Of a stretch of 64,000 nucleotides of DNA, positions 30,935-40,753 are shown piece by piece. Origin of the DNA: an uncultured Candidatus Berkelbacteria bacterium. Its GTDB lineage: Bacteria > Patescibacteriota > UBA1384 > CAJBMM01. Each line of letters starts with the position of its first letter. Position 1 is the first letter of the stretch. The notes under the pieces were generated by a model that worked only from the letters and a program-made list of their open reading frames with translations, made no database searches and had not been told where the DNA came from. The stretch spans positions 1,768 through 65,767 of the forward strand of contig CAJBMM010000005.1 of assembly GCA_903954185.1 (NCBI GenBank), given 5' to 3'. Made by a program: the position numbers and the translations under genes.

Positions 30935-33067
30935 ATGGAGAACGTTTTGTCGTATTCAATTGCTAAACTAACTTCTAACACAAATACAGAGCGATCACTC
31001 TATTCTGGAATTGTAGAGCACGATCTAGATCCAATGTATGGCCAAATTATCTATATAATAGATATTCCGCTCCCGCCGGTAATTTCTGAACCAATTGTCA
31101 ACGAGATAATAACTACAATTAACGAAGAGTATTTTGGAGTAGAACGTAAAACTGCCATCTATCAATTTGAAGACTGCATAAAACAAATAAACGCCGCCCT
31201 CTCTTTTATTGCAGAGCAAGGAAACAATGAATGGATTGGTCACATCCATGCACTTGTCGCACTTATCGTTGGCGATGAAATTTATATCTCTAATTCTGGT
31301 AGAGCAACAGCCGCCGTCATTCGCGGTTCGCTTTATACACCAATCATTAGTTCTGTCCAAAACCCAAATCAACGCGTTTTAGCTCATAAAACTTTTGCGA
31401 ATTTAGTAAGTGGCCAATTATCAGAAAACGATTTTTTAATTTTTGGAAATAGCGAAGTGAGTCGCCATTTTTCCCCACAATTCTTAAGCCAAGCAGCCAT
31501 AGAAAGCCCAATATCAACAATTCAATCTATGTACCAAGCCGGCCGAAGATTAAACTTACGAAACATTGCCGTAATAGTTGCAAAATTAGAACAAGAAGAT
31601 ATTGGAGTGCCAACAAGCCCTTACTCGATTACACTAGACCAACCACTCGAAGTAACCAATTCATCAATTATTCCCCAAATACCATCCACAAAAAAATATC
31701 GATCTATTGTGATTGGTCAGAGTCTAAAATTTATTACCAATTTTCTGTGGCGAGCAATTAAGACCGGGATTAGATTAATAAAATCTACATTCGAAAAGCC
31801 AAGCACTAACTTAGAATTTCAGAAAACTGAGGGCGAGATTGAAGTTAAATCTTACCATCACTCTAACCATACCTTATTAAAACGCACTCCTGGACAACGA
31901 TTGGTAAATAATTTTGAGCACTGGCATGGCGCTTCAAACAAATATATGCAAATATTACGTACTTTTATGAAGAATTTGTCGCCTCGATATTTAATTACCG
32001 TGGGTGTAATTATAATGGCTATTTTAACCTTAACCATAACTCAAAGAATTGTGAAACATGATTCTGGTAGCTTAACCGAAGCCGAATCTGCAGAGCAAAT
32101 AAACCAAATTACAGCTCTATTTACTGAAACTATTGCCGTAAAAACAAGCAACCCAGAAAAGGCCCGCGGTAATCTTTCGCAGATAAACACAATTTTAAGT
32201 AAACTTGCTAATAGCAATGATCTAAAAGTTAAAGACGCTCAAAATCAGTATTTTTCCCTTGTATCCGAGATTAACAATATAACAAACATTGACGATAAAA
32301 ATAAAATTTTAGTAGCTAAAGATACTAACAATATTCTTGCTATTGGCCAATATTTATTTACTACAAAGCAAAATAGTGGCGATATTTTTAGGTTAACCTT
32401 GGGTAAAGACGAACCAGCAGACAAAATATTTTCAACCCCAGATAACGCTGCTATCACATTTGTAAGCCTGAATGAACCAACCAGAATTCTTACCCTACTA
32501 ACCAAATCTAATCATCTTTATATTTACTCGCTAGATGATCAAACCACCAACTCCATCCTTACCCCACCCCAAGGTGAAAGTTGGCCAAACATAAAGTCAC
32601 TCACTTGGTATCAAAAAAATCTTTATATTTTAGAAAACAACACAGGGATAGTATACAAATATTCGTCTACAGATGGAATAAAATTTTCAGCCAAAAATCC
32701 GTATCTTGCAAGTGAATCTTTTAGTAGCCCAGATGCCCAAAGTATTTCTACCGACGGCTCGATTTACCTACTTTTTGGTTCTGGCGATGTTTCAAAAATT
32801 GTTAAAGGCAACAAACAAAGTTATGGCCCTTTAGAATTGCCTTTGCCAGACAATAAATGGGATAATCCCACGGCGCTATTTACCGGAACAACGACTGGGC
32901 ATCTTTATATTCAAGATAAATCGCGCATCACCGTAACCAACCAAGACGGTACATATCGATCTCAATACAAATTTATATACGGAAATATTGATAACTGCTA
33001 TATTTCATCTATCTCAAAAAGAGGTTGGATATTATCTGGCGAAGTTGTATATCAGTTTAGTCTTTAA
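30935..33067 (+). CDS. membrane protein with N-terminal PP2C-like (probably inactive) phosphatase-fold domain, one TM helix and a large C-terminal extracytoplasmic domain
   Basis: GHIHALVALIVGDEIYISNSGRATAAVIRG resembles the PP2C motif ACVALI.GD.LYVANVGDSRAVL with the GDSR aspartate replaced. TM helix YLITVGVIIMAILTLTI at residues ~355..375. Confidence 0.35.
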   Translation: MENVLSYSIAKLTSNTNTERSLYSGIVEHDLDPMYGQIIYIIDIPLPPVISEPIVNEIITTINEEYFGVERKTAIYQFEDCIKQINAALSFIAEQGNNEWIGHIHALVALIVGDEIYISNSGRATAAVIRGSLYTPIISSVQNPNQRVLAHKTFANLVSGQLSENDFLIFGNSEVSRHFSPQFLSQAAIESPISTIQSMYQAGRRLNLRNIAVIVAKLEQEDIGVPTSPYSITLDQPLEVTNSSIIPQIPSTKKYRSIVIGQSLKFITNFLWRAIKTGIRLIKSTFEKPSTNLEFQKTEGEIEVKSYHHSNHTLLKRTPGQRLVNNFEHWHGASNKYMQILRTFMKNLSPRYLITVGVIIMAILTLTITQRIVKHDSGSLTEAESAEQINQITALFTETIAVKTSNPEKARGNLSQINTILSKLANSNDLKVKDAQNQYFSLVSEINNITNIDDKNKILVAKDTNNILAIGQYLFTTKQNSGDIFRLTLGKDEPADKIFSTPDNAAITFVSLNEPTRILTLLTKSNHLYIYSLDDQTTNSILTPPQGESWPNIKSLTWYQKNLYILENNTGIVYKYSSTDGIKFSAKNPYLASESFSSPDAQSISTDGSIYLLFGSGDVSKIVKGNKQSYGPLELPLPDNKWDNPTALFTGTTTGHLYIQDKSRITVTNQDGTYRSQYKFIYGNIDNCYISSISKRGWILSGEVVYQFSL

Positions 33068-34761
33068 AGCTTTTCGGGTGGAATTATTCCCAAAACATCG
33101 AACATAATTTTAAGTTGTCCTTGAACTAATTTTACAATTTTTAATCTGCGTTCTTTTACGTGTGCATTAACTTTAATAATTTTATCCGAGTTATAGAATC
33201 TACTAAATGCGCTTGCTAATTCGTAACAGTGTTCTAACAAAAAGTGGGGATCGTAATTTGTTACGCATTTTTCAATAGCGTTATTCAGCTCTAATGAATG
33301 CAGCACAACCTTTCGCTCGTTTATTGTCCATGCTGTTGCATCGTCAGATTCATCACTTGTTTCAGCCGTCTTTGCAAGTAAGGAATTGCATCTAGCATTA
33401 GTATAAAACATATAAACTATCGAATTGCCGTCTAGCGCAAACATGCGCTCCCAATCAAATACAACATCGGTGTGCCTATCATGCACTAAGTCAGTATATT
33501 TAACCGCGGCTACGCCCATTTCCTCTGCCAAATTATCGATATTAGCTTGATTCAAATCTTTATTTTTTTCGTTTAGTAATTTTTTTGCGCTATTTACCGC
33601 CTGATCTAAGACATCATTTAACCGAATTAATTCGCCTTGCCTGGTACTCATCTTACCAGTGCTAAGTCTAAAAAAACCGTAAGAGACATGAGTAAGTTTT
33701 GGTAATTGAAAATCTTTACCGTAAACACCAGCTTTGGCTAATTTTTTCGCCGCTGCAAATGATTGTTGCATATGCAATGTTTGCTCATTGCCCACAACAC
33801 AAATAATTTCTTCAGGATAAAAATGACTAGTACGTTCTTCTACAGAAACCATTTCGGCTGTAGCGTATAATGTAGCACCATCAGATTTACGAATAAGATA
33901 TGGTGGCAAATTCTCATCATCTAGCGAAATAATGACCGCCCCATCGCTTAACTTTGCCGCTTCTTTTTCTAAAGCATCGTCTACTAGTTTTTGAAGTTTA
34001 TTGTTATATTCACTCTCGCCGCGCCAAATATCAAATTGTACTTTTAATCGCTTATAAGTTTCGTCAAATTCCTTTTGACTGTATACCGTAAATTCTTTCC
34101 ATAATTTAACCGCTTCTTTATCCCCATCTAACAGCGCTCGAAACATCGCTTTACCATCTTCATCAAGTTCAGGATTGTCTTTCGCCTCTGCATGGAATTT
34201 GACATAAACTCTCAGTAACTCATCGATAGGGTTTTTCTCTAAGGCGCTTTTATCTCCCCATTTCTGCCATCCCACAATTAACTTTCCAAATTGCACTCCC
34301 CAATCACCAGGGTGTGACCATGCACAAACATCTGCACCTAAGATACGATATAAATTGACTAAAGACTGGCCCAGAATTGTGGTGCGCAAATGACCAACGT
34401 GCATTGGTTTAGCAATGTTTGGGCTAGAATACTCGATAATGAATTTGTGATCAGTTAAAAATTTTTCAACTAAGCGAGGTATATGCAATTGATCATCTAG
34501 CCACTCGTCTGAAACCCTAATGTTAATAAAACCCGGCCCGGCAACCTCTGCTGTTGCAATCCCCTTTTTGGTTTTAAGACTATTAACAATTCTATCAGCA
34601 ATTTGGTGCGGACTCATTTCACAATCTTTAGCCAATTGCAGTGATACATTAGTTGAAAAATCTCCAAATTCTTCATTAGGCTGTGTAATAAGCAAATTAT
34701 TAACATTGCTAAAACCTGCCTCGTTAATAGATTCGGTTAATATTTTTTGAAGTGAATTCAT
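33064..34761 (-). CDS. argS: arginyl-tRNA synthetase
   Basis: Class I HIGH-type motif PMHVGHLRTTILGQSL, ArgS-specific N-terminal domain and C-terminal DALR anticodon-binding region. 565 aa. Confidence 0.9.
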   Translation of the reverse strand: MNSLQKILTESINEAGFSNVNNLLITQPNEEFGDFSTNVSLQLAKDCEMSPHQIADRIVNSLKTKKGIATAEVAGPGFINIRVSDEWLDDQLHIPRLVEKFLTDHKFIIEYSSPNIAKPMHVGHLRTTILGQSLVNLYRILGADVCAWSHPGDWGVQFGKLIVGWQKWGDKSALEKNPIDELLRVYVKFHAEAKDNPELDEDGKAMFRALLDGDKEAVKLWKEFTVYSQKEFDETYKRLKVQFDIWRGESEYNNKLQKLVDDALEKEAAKLSDGAVIISLDDENLPPYLIRKSDGATLYATAEMVSVEERTSHFYPEEIICVVGNEQTLHMQQSFAAAKKLAKAGVYGKDFQLPKLTHVSYGFFRLSTGKMSTRQGELIRLNDVLDQAVNSAKKLLNEKNKDLNQANIDNLAEEMGVAAVKYTDLVHDRHTDVVFDWERMFALDGNSIVYMFYTNARCNSLLAKTAETSDESDDATAWTINERKVVLHSLELNNAIEKCVTNYDPHFLLEHCYELASAFSRFYNSDKIIKVNAHVKERRLKIVKLVQGQLKIMFDVLGIIPPEKL

Positions 34762-35973
34762 TTACTTATCCTTATATTTAATGGTAGCAAGGCACTTTTT
34801 TCCAATGCGCACTTTTAGGCCGGCATTCTCGATGTTGTAGACTTTTAACATTCCCACAACTTCAACTAATTTTTCATCAACTTCTACAGCGCCCCCCTCT
34901 ACCAACCTACGGAGCTCACTATTCGAAAGTTTTATCACATTATTTAATATATGCACAATCTCTGGTAAAGTAATCGTTTGCTTATTGTGGTTCACAGTTA
35001 TAACCGAAGCACTGCCTTTAGAAAACGCATTTAGCCATCGCTCTTTTGATAATTCACCCATCTTTGCATAGTATCTCTCAACAACTCGTGATGCTAAATC
35101 TAATTTAATATTGCGAGGATTTTCATTCGATTTTAATCTTTTGGCTACGTTTAATAACTCTTTATCATCCATATCGGTACATAGCCTGGCGTATTCATAA
35201 ATTAATTCATCATCTATTGCCATTAATTTGCCAAACATATCGTCTGCACCCGAATTTAACGAAATGATGTTACCAGCAGATTTTGACATCTTAGAGCCAT
35301 CAGAACCTGTAAGTAAATCACAAACTAACACAACTTTCTTCTTATTTTTCACTTTTTCCATTAAAGTACGGCCCATCTTAATATTGAACAACTGATCGTT
35401 ACCCCCCACCTCTACATCAACGTTTAACTCAATACAATCGTATCCAACCAAGAGTGGATAAATGAATTCATGCAAACCAATTGGCTGGCCTGTTTTTATA
35501 CGCTCTTGAAACATATCTCGCTCAATCAACTGCTGAACTGTTAAATGTGATGCAAATTGAATCAAATCTTTAAGTGTTAACTTGTTTAACCAAGCGCTAT
35601 TAAACAACATTCGAGCAGGATTATTTCCGTCGAATTTTAGTATTTTTGCTGCTTGTTCTTTGTAGTTTCTTGCATTATCTAATACTACTTCGTGACTTAA
35701 AGGAACGCGCTCTTTGCTCTTGCCCGTCGGATCACCTATTTGTGCCGTAAAATCGCCTAGGAGCAATATGACTTCATGACCCAATTCTTGAAATTGTCGC
35801 AACTTCCATAAAACTACTGCATGTCCCAAATGAATATCTGCACCAGAAGGATCTACCCCCAGGTAAACTTTTAGTCTTTCGCCCAAATTAAGCTTTTTTT
35901 CAAGCTCCGACGCTACAATAATCTCTGAAACATTGCGATGAATTAAATTGTGAATTTGTTCTGTTTTACTCAT
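34762..35973 (-). CDS. tyrS: tyrosyl-tRNA synthetase
   Basis: GVDPSGADIHLGHAV (HIGH), KMSKSAGN (KMSKS), C-terminal S4-like domain. 403 aa. Confidence 0.85.
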   Translation of the reverse strand: MSKTEQIHNLIHRNVSEIIVASELEKKLNLGERLKVYLGVDPSGADIHLGHAVVLWKLRQFQELGHEVILLLGDFTAQIGDPTGKSKERVPLSHEVVLDNARNYKEQAAKILKFDGNNPARMLFNSAWLNKLTLKDLIQFASHLTVQQLIERDMFQERIKTGQPIGLHEFIYPLLVGYDCIELNVDVEVGGNDQLFNIKMGRTLMEKVKNKKKVVLVCDLLTGSDGSKMSKSAGNIISLNSGADDMFGKLMAIDDELIYEYARLCTDMDDKELLNVAKRLKSNENPRNIKLDLASRVVERYYAKMGELSKERWLNAFSKGSASVITVNHNKQTITLPEIVHILNNVIKLSNSELRRLVEGGAVEVDEKLVEVVGMLKVYNIENAGLKVRIGKKCLATIKYKDK

Positions 35974-36138
35974 TTCACCCTCTTAATAAATTATTCTTGA
36001 TTATCACATTGGCCTAGCTCAATTGCATCTTTAAGCTAAATAACTATAAAGTGAACTATTTTCCAAAATACTGCATTCAGCATTATCCAATAGTTTGGAC
36101 AACATTACAAAGTTAGAGTATCATAAAAACCAGATACT

Positions 36139-39003
36139 ATGAAGCAATCCAAATTTTTAAATCGCATTTTTAACCCACTGGGCATCAAATCCGGTGTAAA
36201 ATTCTTAACCCAAAAAACCAAAAATCCTTGGGTTAGAGTTTTTCGCATTTCCGGAGCAATATTAGCACTGATAATCACCATATTTATTACCCTGGTAGTT
36301 TACTACGCAATTTTCTTACCTAAACCAGGCGAACTGGCGCGCTTCAATTCTGTTGGATCGTCCAAGATATACGATCGCAACGGTATTTTATTAAAAGATA
36401 TTTATAACGAAGAAAAACGCACTGTTGTTGAAAGTCAAAACATCCCCCAGGCAGTTAAAGATGCCACAGTTGCTATAGAAGATAGGGGTTTTTATCAACA
36501 TCACGGCATCTATTTACGATCTATCGCCAGAGCAATTTTTGTGGATATTATACGCGGCAAAAGCTCTCAGGGAGGGTCCACAATTACTCAACAACTTGTT
36601 AGAAATGCGTTCGATGAAATAGGTACCAAAAAAACTATCGCCCGAAAAATTCGCGAGGTTGTAGTAGCCATGCAATTTGAACGCATCTATACAAAAGATC
36701 AAATTTTAACGTTCTATTTAAATGAGATTCCGTATAGTAATAATAATTATGGCATCCAATCTGCATCAAATAGCTACTATAATAAAAATATTTCTGACCT
36801 AGATCCATCAGCCACCGACGATCAAGCCGAAAAAGCCAAAAGGTTTGCTCAAATTGCCACATTAGTTTCTATCCCACAATCACCAACATATTATAACCCA
36901 TACGGAAACCATACTGATAAGCTAAAAATTCGCCGCGATACTGTTTTGCAAAAAATGGTTGAACAAAATTATATCACAAGTGATATGGCTGAAAGTGCAA
37001 AGGGTACTGAAATTGCAGAAGGTGTGTCTAGAACAAAAAGCTCTACTATTGCTCAACATTTTATATTCTACATTCGTGAACAAGTTGTAGAATTGCTAGG
37101 AGGCGGACAAGAGGGAGAGCGAAAACTTGAAAACGGCGGATATAAAATCACAACAACTCTAGACGTTGAAAAACAAAAAGAAGCTGAAAAAATTATTGCT
37201 GACAAAGCATCATCTATCTTTAAAAGCACAGGGGGGAGTAATATTGCCCTTGTATCCACTGATGCTAAAAATGGACAAATATTATCTATGATTGGTTCTG
37301 TAGATTATTTCGAAAAAAACTTTGGCACTGTAAATATTGCCACATCGTCGAGACAACCCGGATCTAGCTTTAAACCTATTGTCTACGCAAGTTTATTTAA
37401 AAAAGCCGGATGGGGCCCAGGAAGCACTTTATTCGATCTTGAAAGCACGTATGATCAATCTAGGCCTAACGACATTTGGCCACGCAACTATTCTGGGGGC
37501 GGCCGCGGACCGGTTACAGTAAGAAACGCACTTGCCCAATCGCTCAATATATCAGCAATTAAAGCTCAAGCAATTTCTGGCACTGATAATGCTGTATCAA
37601 CTGCCAGAGATTTAGGCATAAGCACGCTGCAAGACCCAGATAAATACGGACTTGCAATGGTGCTTGGCGCCGCTGAAGTTAAAATGGTAGATATGGTGGC
37701 AGCATACGGCGTTTTTGCCAACAATGGTACACTGCACCCAACTTCGAGTATTTTAACAATAGAAGACAAAGCTGGCCAGAAAATTTTTGAATGGAAAGAT
37801 GACCCTAAAAAGGTCATTGACCCAGCAATTGCCTACGAAATTACTTCAATTTTATCAGACAACGAAGCCAGAAGTGCCACTTTTGGCAGCCGTTCTGCAT
37901 TATATTTTAGCGATCGAAAAGTTGCTGTTAAAACAGGTACCACCTCTAGCTATCGCGACGCTTGGACCATTGGTTACTCCCCACAGATTGTAACCGCTGT
38001 ATGGGTTGGTAACAATGATAATAAAGAAATGACGCACTCTGGAGCAGGCGCTATGGCGGCAGCTCCCGTATGGCATGACTATATGGCAGAAGCCCATAAA
38101 TCTTTGCCTAAAGAAGATTTTTCCAGGCCAGACAATGTCAAAGACTGCTCAATAGCAAAATATTCAAATAAAAAACCGACCGATAAAACGTCTTCAGAAA
38201 ACATCGTAAGAGATCTTTGTGCCGATTTTCAACTGTCTGATCAAGCTGACGATACCAGCTTTGTCGTTAAATTATACAAACCAGATCAAACTAAACTAGC
38301 TACAGACTCTACTCCTTCGGGGCTAGTGTTTGAAAAAACCTTTTTCAAGATTCGTTCTGAAAGACCAAACGATCCCATTTGGGAAAACCCCGTTCAAAAA
38401 TGGGCGAGGGATAACGGAATTAACCAAGACCAAGTACCCACTGATAAATATGACGAAAACACCTCAAATGATAAGCTTGATATTTCCATCTTATCACCAC
38501 TAAGTGATGCGACGGTTTCTGGAACAATTGGCCTCCAAGCATTAACATCGTCACCTTTTGGTGTAGATTTAATGACCTTTTATCTAGACGATATTCAATT
38601 AGCTCAACCGGAAGCCCCTTGGATTTATAATATAAATACTCTTAATTTTACTAATGGAAAGCATACTTTTAAAGCAACGTCTCACGATGCACAAGGACAA
38701 GAGGCTTCGGCATCGGTTTCTTTCACTATTGCCAATACTACAGGATCGCTTTCTTTATCAAGTATTACAGCTCAGCGCTCTGGCACATCGGTTGTACTAA
38801 CTTGGACATCTAGCGATTTAGCAGATGGAACTGTGAAATATGGCTTAACTAATGCCTACGGAAGCATTCAAGCCGAAGGAAAAGGACAGCTAACGGCTCA
38901 CTCGGTCACCATTGCAGGATTGACAGCAGGCACCACCTATCACTATCAAATTGTCTCCACTAATTCAACTAGCTCAGCTCAATCTGCCGACCTCACGTTT
39001 TAG
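36139..39003 (+). CDS. mrcA: class A penicillin-binding protein (GT51 transglycosylase + transpeptidase) with C-terminal Fn3/Ig-like extension
   Basis: N-terminal TM helix. GT51 motifs EDRGFYQHHGI, GGSTITQQL. Transpeptidase SSFKP (SxxK), SLN, KTGTT. About 250 extra C-terminal residues with beta-sandwich-like repeats (GTTYHYQIVSTN). Confidence 0.9.
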   Translation: MKQSKFLNRIFNPLGIKSGVKFLTQKTKNPWVRVFRISGAILALIITIFITLVVYYAIFLPKPGELARFNSVGSSKIYDRNGILLKDIYNEEKRTVVESQNIPQAVKDATVAIEDRGFYQHHGIYLRSIARAIFVDIIRGKSSQGGSTITQQLVRNAFDEIGTKKTIARKIREVVVAMQFERIYTKDQILTFYLNEIPYSNNNYGIQSASNSYYNKNISDLDPSATDDQAEKAKRFAQIATLVSIPQSPTYYNPYGNHTDKLKIRRDTVLQKMVEQNYITSDMAESAKGTEIAEGVSRTKSSTIAQHFIFYIREQVVELLGGGQEGERKLENGGYKITTTLDVEKQKEAEKIIADKASSIFKSTGGSNIALVSTDAKNGQILSMIGSVDYFEKNFGTVNIATSSRQPGSSFKPIVYASLFKKAGWGPGSTLFDLESTYDQSRPNDIWPRNYSGGGRGPVTVRNALAQSLNISAIKAQAISGTDNAVSTARDLGISTLQDPDKYGLAMVLGAAEVKMVDMVAAYGVFANNGTLHPTSSILTIEDKAGQKIFEWKDDPKKVIDPAIAYEITSILSDNEARSATFGSRSALYFSDRKVAVKTGTTSSYRDAWTIGYSPQIVTAVWVGNNDNKEMTHSGAGAMAAAPVWHDYMAEAHKSLPKEDFSRPDNVKDCSIAKYSNKKPTDKTSSENIVRDLCADFQLSDQADDTSFVVKLYKPDQTKLATDSTPSGLVFEKTFFKIRSERPNDPIWENPVQKWARDNGINQDQVPTDKYDENTSNDKLDISILSPLSDATVSGTIGLQALTSSPFGVDLMTFYLDDIQLAQPEAPWIYNINTLNFTNGKHTFKATSHDAQGQEASASVSFTIANTTGSLSLSSITAQRSGTSVVLTWTSSDLADGTVKYGLTNAYGSIQAEGKGQLTAHSVTIAGLTAGTTYHYQIVSTNSTSSAQSADLTF

Positions 39004-39137
39004 TAAGTAGGGATATTGAGTATATAACACAGAACATAGAGCATAGAACTTATAAAGCAAAAGGCGACACATCACACGATGCATCGCCAATTGCGTTAAG
39101 CCAGAATGCCCAGAATGCTTTGGGCGCTAGCAGGGCA

Positions 39138-39656
39138 TTACAACGCCCCTACGTTCGTCCATGACTGACGTGCTCCTTCGAGGAAGCCGCACAGTCGTTT
39201 ATGCATCACGCCAAGCATCGCCCGATATGTTGCATCCCGAATCGTATACGCTGCAGTCACCGCTTCTATCATCGCGGTATAATGCAACATAAACACCAGG
39301 TTAGAGGATGCGACCTCATGCCCATCGAGCCCGACAAGACAGCACGCACGGCCTACGCACCAATTCGGGTGGAATTTCTGCCAGCCCTCCAAGTTAGCCG
39401 TTATCAGCTTTGCCTGGTCTGTTTGAATTCCCGTCCAAACTCTAGCAGGCTGCTGTCTAATCGAATCACGCAGCTCAGATGGGGCCCACTTGTAATGAAC
39501 ATCAACCATGGTGCCGGCGTGTATTGTGAAGGCATGTAACACCACACAATCACCAACTACAACTCCACGCACAACTACAGACACTCTCGCAAATTCAGCC
39601 AGCTTGTTAGCAATCCGATCAAGGTCTGCTTTTTCCATCGCGCTACATCCTTTCAT
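39138..39656 (-). CDS. hypothetical protein encoded in a GC-elevated island
   Basis: ORF fills the ~52% GC segment 39125..39665, flanked by imperfect inverted repeats (see findings). No family recognised. Confidence 0.3.
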   Translation of the reverse strand: MKGCSAMEKADLDRIANKLAEFARVSVVVRGVVVGDCVVLHAFTIHAGTMVDVHYKWAPSELRDSIRQQPARVWTGIQTDQAKLITANLEGWQKFHPNWCVGRACCLVGLDGHEVASSNLVFMLHYTAMIEAVTAAYTIRDATYRAMLGVMHKRLCGFLEGARQSWTNVGAL

Positions 39657-39823
39657 TGCCTATCGCTTTAGCGAATTGGCTAGAAGTAGAAGAGTTTTAT
39701 GTGAAATCCCTCAATCACCAATCGCATAAGCGAATCGGCTATGAGGAGATGTGAAAGAGCTACTCACGCTTAACGCGCCTAGGCTATATCACAATTTTGA
39801 GTACGTGTCGACAATAATTAATA

Positions 39824-40753
39824 CTAGCGTTCAAGCTCGACAAACAACATTCGCCCAGATGTAGTTTGAAACACGCGAGAAACTATACAATTTACAGTTT
39901 TGCCAACTTGTTTTCTGCCATTTTCCACCACCACCATAGTACCATCTGATAAGTACCCTATACCCTGCCCGTCACCTTTGCCAATTTGAACTACTTCAAT
40001 ATTCAACTTTTCCCCTGGATAAATAAGCGGCTTTAAGGCTATTGCTAACTCATTTATGTTTAAAGTTATCACGCCTTGGATGGTTGCGGAGCGATTAAGT
40101 GTATTATCAGTCGTTAAAACCCTGCCACCACGCTCTTTTGCCAACATAATAAGCTTATTATCCACATCAGTCTTATTTGAATAGTCTTTTTCGATAATTC
40201 GTAATATTATGCGTGGATTTTGCTTCATCGCCTCTAAAGTCTGCATGCCTAAAATTCCTTTTTGTTTTTTAATTGCATCTTTACTATCTGATAATTTATG
40301 CAATTCTTCGATTACAAAAGTTGGAACAGCTAGTGGCATTACAATAAAACCGCTTTTAACTATTTCTAATATGCGCCCATCGATTAACGACGAGGTATCG
40401 CATAATACGTCTGGTAGTAAATTCAGATCTACCGATGTAATATCGCCTCCGCCAAAAGCCCATTTTTGAAAAAAATTGGAAAATCTCTTAGCCTGGGCCA
40501 TAAATAAATCGAGTACTGCTACAACAGAAAATACATTTACAATAACCGGCAACCAACGCCCATATTGTCCAGGTAAGCCAGAGAAGGATTCGGCTAATAG
40601 TTGCCCAACAATTAATCCCAATATCAACCCAACAATGATAAAAAAAACATAAGGGAAAGAAGTTCGCATCAGCTTTCGCGTAACTATTAACGCACCCAAA
40701 GAAATACATAAAATTATTAAGAAAATTAAAGACTGCGTATTATCAAACACCAT
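39824..40753 (-). CDS. yacL: YacL-like membrane protein with PIN and C-terminal TRAM domains
   Basis: N-terminal TM helices, a PIN-like core and a C-terminal TRAM-like beta barrel (GKTVNCIVSRVFQTTSGRMLFVE). Sits immediately downstream of radA as in Bacillus (radA-disA-yacL). Confidence 0.65.
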   Translation of the reverse strand: MVFDNTQSLIFLIILCISLGALIVTRKLMRTSFPYVFFIIVGLILGLIVGQLLAESFSGLPGQYGRWLPVIVNVFSVVAVLDLFMAQAKRFSNFFQKWAFGGGDITSVDLNLLPDVLCDTSSLIDGRILEIVKSGFIVMPLAVPTFVIEELHKLSDSKDAIKKQKGILGMQTLEAMKQNPRIILRIIEKDYSNKTDVDNKLIMLAKERGGRVLTTDNTLNRSATIQGVITLNINELAIALKPLIYPGEKLNIEVVQIGKGDGQGIGYLSDGTMVVVENGRKQVGKTVNCIVSRVFQTTSGRMLFVELER

